Assembly (NCBI GenBank): GCA_020348985.1 | Contig: CP070761.1 | Coordinates: forward strand, 2,924,464 to 2,988,463 | DNA length: 64,000 bases | DNA from: Candidatus Thorarchaeota archaeon | Lineage (GTDB): Archaea > Asgardarchaeota > Thorarchaeia > Thorarchaeales > Thorarchaeaceae | Direction of reading: 5' to 3' | In this document: positions 35,596 to 44,988 of the stretch, in pieces | How the letters are laid out: each line of letters opens with the position of its first letter | Numbering within the stretch: position 1 is the first letter of the stretch | The notes under the pieces: generated by a model | The model's input: only the letters and a program-made list of their open reading frames with translations | Told to the model about the DNA's origin: nothing | Databases searched by the model: none | Made by a program: the position numbers and the translations under genes

Positions 35596-36630
35596 ATGAA
35601 ACAAAGCTTCAGGGAGTTCTTCATGGAGAAACTGCTTGTTCTTATGAGGCCCGAGGACATTGATATGTCCGCAAGAGAGTTCCTCTCGATGTATGCTTCT
35701 TACATGGATGGAGCGGGAATCGTTGGAAAGGACCCAAGCGGTCATGCACTTTTTGAAAGCAAAACCGCGCCAGTTGAAGAAGCCCACACGAAGTTCTTCG
35801 TCGAATGGGTTGATCTAACCCAAGCATTAGGTATCCATACTGCGGCTAGTATGGACTTCTACACAGATGTCTGGTTCGCCAAAGACCCAAAGTATCAGAC
35901 TGTCACCTCTGAAGGACAGACCATGCATCATCAGATATGCCCCAATCGCGAGGAGTTCTGGCAATACGGTGCGGAGGTTGTCAAAGAGCTGGGAACTTAT
36001 CCCATTCATGAGATTCTCCTTTTTGGTACGGGATTCATTCGTGACAAATTCTGTTTCTGCGAGCGTTGCAGGAGCGAGTTTGCACCAATAATAGATCAAG
36101 AACCTAGCCGCCTGTCCTATGATTATATTGTCGAGAATCAAGACCATCATGCAAAGTGGCATGAGTGGAGGTCTCAGAAAGTACATGACGGGTTAAGGGT
36201 ACTACAAGATGCCGCGACTGAGGTTGACGAAACAGTTGACAGAGAAAGGCCACTATCAATAGCCGTGGAAATGCTCATGGATCCCGAGACAGGTCTTTCT
36301 GAGGGAGCCAAGAATGAGTATGGCTATGATTATGCCAAAATTCTCGAAATCACCAAGAATGTGATGATCAACCTATACCCCTGGTCGCCAATACTGCCAG
36401 TTCCAGGTCAAGCAGAATATGATGCGCTTGTTGAAGCGCTCTACTTTACGACAGAATTCAAGAGAAGAGGTGGAACTGTCTCTCTATTCCGGTGGGGGCT
36501 CTCAACTATTGACAGCGTTCGTGAAATGAAACAGATTGGGAAAGACGCAGGCATTGATCGATTCATGGGCACTTTCGGATATCCCAACGACTATTCCGTC
36601 AGACGCGAAAGTGCCGTGGGCAATTACTAA
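35596..36630 (+). CDS. Putative TIM-barrel glycoside-hydrolase-like protein with Zn site
   Basis: ICPN..E, FCFCERC..EF, W.EWR, YGYDY, M.NLYP patterns resembling GHL-type proteins; catalytic residues unclear. Confidence 0.55.
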   Translation: MKQSFREFFMEKLLVLMRPEDIDMSAREFLSMYASYMDGAGIVGKDPSGHALFESKTAPVEEAHTKFFVEWVDLTQALGIHTAASMDFYTDVWFAKDPKYQTVTSEGQTMHHQICPNREEFWQYGAEVVKELGTYPIHEILLFGTGFIRDKFCFCERCRSEFAPIIDQEPSRLSYDYIVENQDHHAKWHEWRSQKVHDGLRVLQDAATEVDETVDRERPLSIAVEMLMDPETGLSEGAKNEYGYDYAKILEITKNVMINLYPWSPILPVPGQAEYDALVEALYFTTEFKRRGGTVSLFRWGLSTIDSVREMKQIGKDAGIDRFMGTFGYPNDYSVRRESAVGNY

Positions 36631-36642
36631 TCTCCGCCCAAG

Positions 36643-37509
36643 TTACTGCATGCTTCCACAGAACGGGCAGACTCTATCATCCTGTGAAATGGTTCTGCCG
36701 CAAGCGAAACAGAAGCTAGGTCTAGTGGTTTCTCTTTCAGTATCGTCATTGAACGGACTCAGTTCGCCTTGAGCGAATAATGAGGCGAGACCGTCAACAA
36801 CCTCCTCTGTCTGCATTCTGCAAGCTGTCGACGCGGCAGCTTCGTCCACTCCCGCTCTCATCTCATCCGCAAGTGTCCCACTAGCCCTCATCTCTCTGTA
36901 TCCTCTTGCTTGAGGTCGGGTGGGACTTGTACCCCAATCAACTCTATGCTCATCTCTTGATTCGTACCAGGCGTCAGAACTAGTTCTTGAGTCGTTTCTA
37001 CCAGACTGAAGCGCTTGATCCAATGCGTCAAAGTCCCTGCGATAGTCATCAGCGCCGTATCCTGGATCAACAGCTGGTCTGGTGGCTACGCGGCCTGTGA
37101 TCGAGTCATTACTTGACAATCCTTTTGCCAAATCGATGAACCTTGAATGCGCCTCACCCTTCAAATCGTGGTACTGCTCAAGAGTCAATCCCATAATCTC
37201 GAGAGCACGGTCTCTTTCAGCGCATCTCTTCGATTCCGGACAACAGAAAGCAAGACTTCCGTGGCAGAGAGATGCCATCGCTCTATCTTGTCTCGATTTG
37301 AATATCGGAGTTATCCTGCGATGGCCTAACACCAACGAATCGCCAATTGCCCGAAGCTCCGTATACCCACTCTGGGCTAGTGCCTCCACTACTTCTCTGG
37401 CTGGGTAGGCGCGTCCATCAATGACAATAACACCCTCTGCTCTCTCAAGTCTGACTGGGCGTTCTGACACTTCTCTATCGTCTCGTCTGAGATACGTCAT
37501 GACAATCAC
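36643..37509 (-). CDS. Hypothetical protein with Cys-rich methanogenesis-marker-9-like domain and C-terminal Zn ribbon
   Basis: CHGSLAFCC..SK.C..RD.AL...G.T.EQY..LK; C-terminal CFACG...CPFCG. Confidence 0.65.
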   Translation of the reverse strand: MIVMTYLRRDDREVSERPVRLERAEGVIVIDGRAYPAREVVEALAQSGYTELRAIGDSLVLGHRRITPIFKSRQDRAMASLCHGSLAFCCPESKRCAERDRALEIMGLTLEQYHDLKGEAHSRFIDLAKGLSSNDSITGRVATRPAVDPGYGADDYRRDFDALDQALQSGRNDSRTSSDAWYESRDEHRVDWGTSPTRPQARGYREMRASGTLADEMRAGVDEAAASTACRMQTEEVVDGLASLFAQGELSPFNDDTERETTRPSFCFACGRTISQDDRVCPFCGSMQ

Positions 37510-37702
37510 ACTGGTTATTCAGACATCATGATTTCCTCATCGTACGTCAATAGAATCCTATGTAATCCGGGAGTAATATTGCTTAAACACAGTTCTTGAT
37601 GAGTTTCTACGTCGAAATGAGAGAATGATTTATGATTCCGGTTTGATGATAATGTTGCGATGAACGAACCAAGAGTCCGATCGACATCAGGATGGTTTAG
37701 AT

Positions 37703-38071
37703 ATGGGTTGTAAAGCAGAAGGTGCAGCACAAGGATACACTGTACTAGGTGGCATAGTGCTTGGCATTCTTGCCATTCGAGATTTGATAGACGGCATAGA
37801 CAGACTACCTACCGACTCGGCAAATGCTACTGTTGACATTCTTCTTGCAGTAGCCTTGATTATCATGGTCATTCTTTCGTTTGATGCTAGTGGCTATATC
37901 CATTGGAAAGTGCAACGAAATGGACTGATCCTCGCCCTTTTTGGTTTCTTCTCGATAATCATAGTTGCGCGTCGAGTGGTGTTCGATCCTATTGCGTGGC
38001 TCATGAGTTTGGGAACCCTCGCAGGTTTCATGATTCTTCTTGCTGGGTTGCTCCTTGTCGTTAGAGGATAG
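37703..38071 (+). CDS. Small 4-TM membrane protein
   Basis: Four hydrophobic segments; resembles 39634-39954. Confidence 0.75.
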   Translation: MGCKAEGAAQGYTVLGGIVLGILAIRDLIDGIDRLPTDSANATVDILLAVALIIMVILSFDASGYIHWKVQRNGLILALFGFFSIIIVARRVVFDPIAWLMSLGTLAGFMILLAGLLLVVRG

Positions 38072-38153
38072 CCATGCCGGGTCCGATTCGTGACTAAACA
38101 CTCGGTAGTCGTTGAAGGTCCACGGCCGTCAGATTACTGCATAAAAGACATAG

Positions 38154-39572
38154 GTGTCATTGAGCGGAAATTTGATAATGGGCTTTCCTGCCCGAAGCTC
38201 TGAAAACCTTGGAGATGTGACCATCTTGGACGAGAAGCATTTCAGAATCTTGAAGGATTTGGGCTATGAGCTCGGGCCCGATACAATGACAAACGAATAC
38301 TGGAAGAAACGAGGCGCCGATGCCCTTGCAATAACAACCCAAGACCGGGACGTCTATGGATGCATTGACCACACGGTCGGGGAAGGAGTGGCCATATTCG
38401 ACATCGAAGGAACAGAGTATATCGACGTAACAGGAGGGGTTGCGGTTCGTGCGTTTGGACTAAGATACAAGCCGTATCTGGAATTTGAAGCATCGATTCT
38501 TGATGTGGTGAAAGAACTGCCGGGTATGGACTTCGATGCGATTCCGCAGACACTACTTGCCGAGAAGGTTGCGTCGCTGCCCCCTGGCGATCATAAGAGA
38601 CAAGTCACGTTCACTACATCTGGTGGGCGTGCTGTAGAAGGCTGTATGAAATCTGCAATGGATCTCTCAGGTAAGCAAAGGTTCGTCGCTTTCAGGCCGG
38701 CGTTTCATGGACGTACAGGGTACGCATTGTCACTTACATCAACCAACTGGAAGCACAAGTCTGGCTTTCCCCAAGGTGTAGATGTCATTCGCATCTACTA
38801 CCCGTATTGCTACAGATGTCCATATGGACAGAATGTTGAAGACTGTAATATTGAGTGCGCTGAAGCGCTCAGGTTTGCTCTGGAGGTCGAGGGCACCGAC
38901 ATCGCAGCAACTGTGATGGAGCCGATCTGTGGTGAGGGTGGACTCATCGTGCCGCCTGCAAAGGCAGTGAAAGCTATTTACGAGATCTCCAAGGAGTTCG
39001 GTGCCTACTTCATGTCTGATGAGGTTCAAGCAGGAATGGGACGAACAGGCAAGTGGTGTGCAGTTGAGAATCACGGTGTCATTCCGGATTATGTCTCGAT
39101 GGCAAAGGCATTGGGCGGCGGATATCCTATGGGTGCGTCAATAGGACCATCACCCATGTTCTCGGAAGCGTCTCGTCATTCGGAGACCTTCTCTGCGGAA
39201 CCCAAGATGTCTTTGCTTTCTCTTTGGATAATCCGTCACATCGAGACTGAAGGGTATCTCAAGAAAAACGCAGAAAACGGTGCATATCTTCTTACCAGGC
39301 TCAATGAACTGGTAGACAAACATGAAGTCGTAGGCGATGCCAGAGGAATAGGACTCATGACTGGAGTTGAGATCATCAAGGATGAGAAATCAAAGGCCAA
39401 GGCGCCGAAGCTGAGGGACAAGATCCTCAAGAATGCCGTGAATAGTCAGAAGCTCTGGATACTCGGCTGCGGCCAAAACTCTATCAGAATGACTCCGAGC
39501 TACATCATAACAAGGGAGCAGATCGATTCCGCGGTCGAGCGCTTGGACAATGCAATCAAGGCCTCTTCTTAG
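38154..39572 (+). CDS. Class III PLP-dependent aminotransferase (GabT/ornithine AT-like)
   Basis: G.EYID, AFHGRT, EPI.GEGG, DEVQAGMGRTG, MAKALGGG, RG.GLM.GVE; start may be ATG 38178. Confidence 0.93.
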   Translation: MSLSGNLIMGFPARSSENLGDVTILDEKHFRILKDLGYELGPDTMTNEYWKKRGADALAITTQDRDVYGCIDHTVGEGVAIFDIEGTEYIDVTGGVAVRAFGLRYKPYLEFEASILDVVKELPGMDFDAIPQTLLAEKVASLPPGDHKRQVTFTTSGGRAVEGCMKSAMDLSGKQRFVAFRPAFHGRTGYALSLTSTNWKHKSGFPQGVDVIRIYYPYCYRCPYGQNVEDCNIECAEALRFALEVEGTDIAATVMEPICGEGGLIVPPAKAVKAIYEISKEFGAYFMSDEVQAGMGRTGKWCAVENHGVIPDYVSMAKALGGGYPMGASIGPSPMFSEASRHSETFSAEPKMSLLSLWIIRHIETEGYLKKNAENGAYLLTRLNELVDKHEVVGDARGIGLMTGVEIIKDEKSKAKAPKLRDKILKNAVNSQKLWILGCGQNSIRMTPSYIITREQIDSAVERLDNAIKASS

Positions 39573-39597
39573 TACTGGAATTTCAAAAAAGAGTGGA

Positions 39598-39626
39598 TCA
39601 TCTCCAGGCAGGACTCCCGGAGATGA
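39598..39626. terminator. Hairpin between convergent genes
   Basis: TCATCTCC...GGAGATGA inverted repeat with an A6 tract to the left (U-tract for the minus-strand gene). Confidence 0.45.
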
Positions 39627-39633
39627 CTGGTCT

Positions 39634-39954
39634 CTATTTCAATACCATCAGTATTGCACCAATGATGACTAGAATGCCACCAATGTCGCTAGCGAACGCC
39701 CACATCAGTATTCCAATGATAAGTATCACTAACCACTTGTTCGCGAACTCGAGTGCTGGAATCTTGATGAACCCACTGTTCACAAGAGCTATCAGTGCAA
39801 ACAGGATGGCTAGAATACCTGTCACGAAGTTATCCAAGAAGGTAACTCCAAGGAAGTAGACGGGCATGCCCAGAATCAATAGGACGCCTTGAATCAATCC
39901 CACAAGGGCTCCGAGCAAGACGAGAATCTTGCCTATTTCCTTTAGATCCGCCAT
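39634..39954 (-). CDS. Small 4-TM membrane protein
   Basis: Hydrophobic 106 aa ORF with GAGGAG SD-like sequence upstream. Confidence 0.8.
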   Translation of the reverse strand: MADLKEIGKILVLLGALVGLIQGVLLILGMPVYFLGVTFLDNFVTGILAILFALIALVNSGFIKIPALEFANKWLVILIIGILMWAFASDIGGILVIIGAILMVLK

Positions 39955-40070
39955 TTGTGTTAACGCTCCTCAATTTGACTTGATCTAGCCCCCATAGAGG
40001 CAGTGTGATGCCTGTTCAACAGCTATATATCTGCTCCTAGGGATGGCGCGGAATGAAGTTCTGCTAGAGA

Positions 40071-41432
40071 TTGGCTTCGACGAAGGTTACCCTAATGGAC
40101 AGTTCCTCTTCGAACAACATCGACTCGAGTCAAAGAATCATCGAGTTTGAAGGGGACATTGACCACAGAATAGATATTCCGGATTTGAGTAGGGTCCTCA
40201 TCATAAGTCGGGACCAGTCCTACCTGACCCATGGTATTCACAAGTTTCCAGCCAAGTTCTATCCCGAGCTGCCCCGTTTCCTCATCAGAGCTTATTCCCA
40301 GAGTGGGGGGTACGTCCTAGACCCAATGTGTGGTAGTGGAACGGTCGTGCTTGAAGCCATGCTCAACAAGAGAAAGGGTGTAGGTTTGGACATCGATCCC
40401 ATGGCTCGGCTTGTCACCAAAGTGAAGACAACTCCAATTGCAGGATCAATTCTCGACACAATCCACAGGTGGATCGATTCCGAAATCAACTCACGAATGG
40501 ACTCGGCTAACCATGTTCCAGCTCTTCCTGAATTCAACTACAGGGACAACTGGTTTCTCGATTTCGTTCTCAGTGAGCTGGCAATAATCAAAGAAGTGAT
40601 CTCCCAACTTGAGTGGAACGGCCCGTTAGAGAAAGAATCACATCAAGTCCGCAATGATGCGGCCGATTTTGTGAAGATCGTTTTCTCATCTATCATAAGG
40701 GATGTTTCCAATGCAGACCCTCATTGCACACGAACTGTGATAAGAAAGAAACAGATTCGAAATATCAGCCCAGGGCAGACTGTCGAGAAATTCGGGCATG
40801 CACTGGTCAAACAGATTTCTGCAATGCGAGAACTAGATGCCATTGCGTCTGAGCAATCCCTGGAGAGGCCCGATGTTCTCCCGGGCAGTGCACTAAACAC
40901 AGGAATTGAATCCGAATCAATCGACTTGGCGATTACATCTCCGCCATACATCAACGCCGTGGACTATCCGCGCACTCATCAGCTCGAAATGTACTGGCTT
41001 GATCTTATGGCGGAAGGACCTCTCTCCAAAATGAAGCGCAAATACATTGGAACTGAGACAGTCTACAAGGCCGAGTACAAGGATCTAAGATTGTCCGGAT
41101 TGGAATCTCTCGATCCACTACTCGAGAGGATCTTTAGATCCGATCCGCGGAGGTCGTACATAGTCTCAAGGTTCTTTGAAGAGATGACTCAGCAACTTCA
41201 AGAAACCCATAGGGTGCTCGTTCCGGGTGGACGCTACTGTATTGTCATTGGTAGCAATAGGATAAGGCAAGTTCTAGTCCCTTCTCATGAGATTCTCGAA
41301 GAGATTGCACGCGTAGTAGTTGGCTTTGAAGTTGAGAAGCGTTTCTTCTCAGGACTCATTCGACACTTCATCAAGATTCCACGGAAGGAACGAATGACCG
41401 GTGAATGGGTGCTCATTCTCAAGAAGACATAG
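40071..41432 (+). CDS. Amino-DNA methyltransferase (likely m4C, alpha motif order), orphan
   Basis: TH..H..PAKF.P, motif I DPMCGSGT preceding motif IV TSPPY, RVL.PGG. Confidence 0.85.
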   Translation: MASTKVTLMDSSSSNNIDSSQRIIEFEGDIDHRIDIPDLSRVLIISRDQSYLTHGIHKFPAKFYPELPRFLIRAYSQSGGYVLDPMCGSGTVVLEAMLNKRKGVGLDIDPMARLVTKVKTTPIAGSILDTIHRWIDSEINSRMDSANHVPALPEFNYRDNWFLDFVLSELAIIKEVISQLEWNGPLEKESHQVRNDAADFVKIVFSSIIRDVSNADPHCTRTVIRKKQIRNISPGQTVEKFGHALVKQISAMRELDAIASEQSLERPDVLPGSALNTGIESESIDLAITSPPYINAVDYPRTHQLEMYWLDLMAEGPLSKMKRKYIGTETVYKAEYKDLRLSGLESLDPLLERIFRSDPRRSYIVSRFFEEMTQQLQETHRVLVPGGRYCIVIGSNRIRQVLVPSHEILEEIARVVVGFEVEKRFFSGLIRHFIKIPRKERMTGEWVLILKKT

Positions 41433-41441
41433 AATCCTCGC

Positions 41442-42134
41442 TCAATTGCGATCGACTGGACAAAGGAAGTTTTTGATCTTCTCAATAATCCTGCTCATGG
41501 CCTCAATCGAATCACGAACGCTGACCCGAATGTCCATGCTGTGGTCTGCATCATCTATGATGATTGTGGACGCTCCGGTCGTCTCAATCACAGAATCCAA
41601 AACAGCGGTATCATAGTGAGGATCATCTGTCCCGATAACGATTAGTGAGCTGGGCTTGTTCTCCTTGATCTGCCTAACCAGACCTTCGATTCTGAGGAGC
41701 GGTGTATGCCAAATGATTCGCGCCCTGCGAGTATCATCAAACTTGCTCAGAAGATGGCCTATTCCGAGAGTTCCCAAAGACTTCCCGACAAGGACACTTA
41801 GTCGTGCGTCTATATGCTGCTTTGCAGCCTTGTAGGCCGCCTCCACGTCCTCCAGAATCCACTGCATTCTGTCTTCCCATTCGAGATTGACAAATTCAGG
41901 AATAGCGGAATAGCGATAGTCAACGCTCAACACATTGACCCGGTTCTCAAGAAGAAGTCCGATAGTGTAGTAAAGAAGAGGTCCTTGAGACGTATAGCCC
42001 CGCCCTGGAAATACCATGGCCAGCTTATCGCTAGGCGATGATAGTTTGAAGAAGGTGTTAGGGATAGGACGGCCCCCGTGACCCTCGATGGCAATACTCT
42101 CGAAAGAATACATGTTTGTCGTTCGGATACTCAA
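41442..42134 (-). CDS. Alpha/beta hydrolase
   Basis: FPG.GY...PLL.Y, GKSLG nucleophile elbow, GT.D, ADH. Confidence 0.85.
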   Translation of the reverse strand: MSIRTTNMYSFESIAIEGHGGRPIPNTFFKLSSPSDKLAMVFPGRGYTSQGPLLYYTIGLLLENRVNVLSVDYRYSAIPEFVNLEWEDRMQWILEDVEAAYKAAKQHIDARLSVLVGKSLGTLGIGHLLSKFDDTRRARIIWHTPLLRIEGLVRQIKENKPSSLIVIGTDDPHYDTAVLDSVIETTGASTIIIDDADHSMDIRVSVRDSIEAMSRIIEKIKNFLCPVDRN

Positions 42135-42255
42135 TCAGATATACACTACGCTGGCCCATTGATGACATGGCAATCCTTATCTTCGCATTTTTGCGAAAGG
42201 GCGACAAACAAACTGGAGGTAAGTCAAAACATGGTAACAATTCTCAGGTGGGATT

Positions 42256-42489
42256 ATGTTTGCCCGACGCTCATTCTTAGCTCTACCTCCGTCTGCGAAA
42301 CTCGTATACGTTCTTCTTAAGGACCGGCGCCGGATGTCCCGGCGTGACTTGATTGACAAAACGTTCCTGCCCCCAAGAACTGTCAATTACGGTCTCAGTA
42401 GATTGAGAGCCCTTGGCCTGATTAGAGAGCATGAGCACGAGGTTGACGCGCGGGAAAGAGTCTACGAATTGGTATCGGCGCCAATGTAG
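42256..42489 (+). CDS. Small winged-HTH (MarR-like) DNA-binding protein
   Basis: LPPSAKLVY..L....S..DL...T.LP.RTV.Y.L.RL...GLI......DAR..VY. Confidence 0.85.
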   Translation: MFARRSFLALPPSAKLVYVLLKDRRRMSRRDLIDKTFLPPRTVNYGLSRLRALGLIREHEHEVDARERVYELVSAPM

Positions 42490-42606
42490 TTGAGAGAATC
42501 ATACAGATAGTTCATCTTCAGAGTCTTCTCTGGAGATGCACTCCATTTCTTTGCTTGGAGACCTTTCTCACACTACTCAGAAGTGTAAAAGGGCATCCAG
42601 TCAGTT

Positions 42607-42999
42607 TCAAGGGTCTTCCTCTGGCTCACCAATACTTCGAATTACCAAAACAAACCCTTCAGGCTGCCCATCTGGCAATCGCATCAAAGCTGAGTCAAGT
42701 TCTATTTGCTGCTTAGAGCCATTCTCTTGGGTCAGTACGTATCGTTGATTCTTTTTCGAGCCTTTTTCTGCAACATTTAGAAGGTTGTTCAGGGCCGCTT
42801 GCCGGTCTTCAGGAGCCAACCAATCGAAGCCACTCTTTCCTACTATTTCGCTCTCATCCTCTGCACCTAGTAACTTAACTGCGCGATCAGTAGCCATCAA
42901 GAGTCTCCCATCTAGATCCGTCACTATCACGGCAGCATTCATCAGATTGGCCAATGAGCTGATAACCCGTGCGTAACGGCTGTCAGCTGATGAATCCAT
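42607..42999 (-). CDS. Stand-alone PAS domain protein
   Basis: AVIVTDLDGR......A..LLG....EIVGK...D.L.PED; PAC-like ENG....IEL....R..DG....FV.V.R.I. Confidence 0.85.
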   Translation of the reverse strand: MDSSADSRYARVISSLANLMNAAVIVTDLDGRLLMATDRAVKLLGAEDESEIVGKSGFDWLAPEDRQAALNNLLNVAEKGSKKNQRYVLTQENGSKQQIELDSALMRLPDGQPEGFVLVIRSIGEPEEDP

Positions 43000-43137
43000 T
43001 GCTTATTGCCCTTCCCCAATGTTCCTATCTATGCATGTCATCGGTCTTCCCAATGAGTTTTTCGATTTCCAGTTCTCCAAAACGCTCATAATGAAACTGA
43101 TGTGGAAGGGACTCGAGCAATAAGAGAGGCGCAATAG

Positions 43138-44496
43138 ATGGACTACTACGGAACTGCAGGTATCGACCCTCTAGGAGAGTTAGCTCGAACGCACTTCACA
43201 AACGAGATATCGCCAAGTTTGGATGGAAGATCTGTCACCCTTCTTGGCTGGGTCCACATTCTCCGAGATAAGGGAAAGATCAAGTTCTTGGTCCTCAGAG
43301 ACGAGAAGGGTACGATTCAGATTACAATACCTCAGAAGAAGGTCTCGGAAGAGGTCTTCAAGATCTCGGAAGAATTCAAGCCCGAGTATGCAATAGCTGT
43401 GCGAGGAACGGTCGTAGCCACGCCACAAGCACCATCGGGCGTTGAGATAATTCCTGAGATGTTTAGGATCATCAACAAGGCTCACAGACTTCCAATTGAT
43501 GTTGTGGAAGGAAAAGTAGACATAGATCTCGACACTCGATTGAATCACAGAATTCTCGATCTCAGGAAGCCAACAGTCAATGCGATATTTCGGATTCAAC
43601 ATTCACTAGTTCGTTTTTCCAGAGAGTTCCTTGAGAAAGAGGGTTTTGTCGAGATACACACACCAAAGATAGTCGCCGAGGCCACAGAGGGCGGTGCTAA
43701 TCTATTCGAAATTAAGTACTTCGAAAAGAAGGCATACTTGGCGCAAAGCCCACAGTTCTACAAGCAACTCATGATTCTTGCGGGATTCGGACGAGTCTTC
43801 GAAATCGCTCCCGTCTTTCGAGCAGAGAAGCACAATACCCGCAGACATGTCAACGAGTATACATCATTTGACTATGAGATGGCTTGGATATCTGATGTGG
43901 ATGATGTAATGAAGATGGAGGAGAATATGCTTCACTACTCATTCAAGAAGACCCGAGAACATGTTCCTTCTGAGCTTGAACTGCTAGGAGTGGATCTGAA
44001 GACTCCAAAGGTTCCTTTCAAGAGGATAAAGTATGCTGAAGCTATTGACCTGCTCAACGCCGAGGGTAGGGAGATGGAGGTAACGGATGACCTTGATCCT
44101 GAGAGCGAGCGTCTCTTGGGCAAGATATTCCCTGAGAAGTTCGGAACAGACATGGTGTTTCTGACTCAGTATCCTCTGGAGCTGCGTCCGGCATACACAA
44201 TGCCAAGCATGACTGACGAGGGAATGACTGAGAGCTTTGACCTCACATACAAAGGCATGGAGATCACAACTGGGAGTCAAAGGATTCACATCTATGATCT
44301 TCTTGTGGAACGATTCAAAGCAAAGGGATTCGATCCCGATGCATTTGCATTCTACCTGGATCCGTTCAAGTATGGCGCTCCACCGCACGGAGGTCTCGGA
44401 CTTGGAGTCGAGCGCCTTACTATGCAGCTTTTGAACATTGACAACGTTCGTGAAACAACTCTGTTGCCGAGAGACCGCGACAGACTCACACCATAG
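43138..44496 (+). CDS. aspS: Aspartate--tRNA(Asp/Asn) ligase, archaeal type
   Basis: GWVH..RD.G...F..LRD, TEGGA..F, LAQSPQ.YKQ, FRAE, PPHGG.GLG.ER, PRDR.RL.P. Confidence 0.97.
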   Translation: MDYYGTAGIDPLGELARTHFTNEISPSLDGRSVTLLGWVHILRDKGKIKFLVLRDEKGTIQITIPQKKVSEEVFKISEEFKPEYAIAVRGTVVATPQAPSGVEIIPEMFRIINKAHRLPIDVVEGKVDIDLDTRLNHRILDLRKPTVNAIFRIQHSLVRFSREFLEKEGFVEIHTPKIVAEATEGGANLFEIKYFEKKAYLAQSPQFYKQLMILAGFGRVFEIAPVFRAEKHNTRRHVNEYTSFDYEMAWISDVDDVMKMEENMLHYSFKKTREHVPSELELLGVDLKTPKVPFKRIKYAEAIDLLNAEGREMEVTDDLDPESERLLGKIFPEKFGTDMVFLTQYPLELRPAYTMPSMTDEGMTESFDLTYKGMEITTGSQRIHIYDLLVERFKAKGFDPDAFAFYLDPFKYGAPPHGGLGLGVERLTMQLLNIDNVRETTLLPRDRDRLTP

Positions 44497-44615
44497 TCCG
44501 AAGGTGAATGGCACAGTACATAGGTGCACAGAAGAAGGGGACCATGCCATCCAGATTGAACTTCTTGCGCTGATTCGAACGCTTAAATCCAGTATTCGAG
44601 GGCGCCGCTTGCAAG

Positions 44616-44846
44616 GTGAGGATGCCTATGCAAACAAAACTGAAAGTCTCTTTGGGCGGAACATTGATTCTGCTTTCTATCTATTTTGGTGTAGTTGCTT
44701 CAGAGATGATTGCATTTCTTAACACAACAACGACATCAAACCTGGGAATACCATACACAATCGCATTCTTCATGGCTGTAGCGCTGTTATGCGGGTTCAT
44801 CGGGTTCTACATTCTGTCAGACATAATACCTGATAACGGTAAGTGA
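44616..44846 (+). CDS. Small 2-TM membrane protein
   Basis: 76 aa ORF with two hydrophobic helices. Confidence 0.6.
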   Translation: MRMPMQTKLKVSLGGTLILLSIYFGVVASEMIAFLNTTTTSNLGIPYTIAFFMAVALLCGFIGFYILSDIIPDNGK

Positions 44847-44988
44847 GACTCCGATTGATTTACTCTGAGGGCTGCATAGCCCTTCTTCTTTTTGCTGAGA
44901 ATACCTGATAATACTCTGTCTTAAAGCCCGACTTATGGCAAGCTCTACTAGCTAGCTAGAGAGCAAAGTGCAAGTAGGATTTGAGCAC

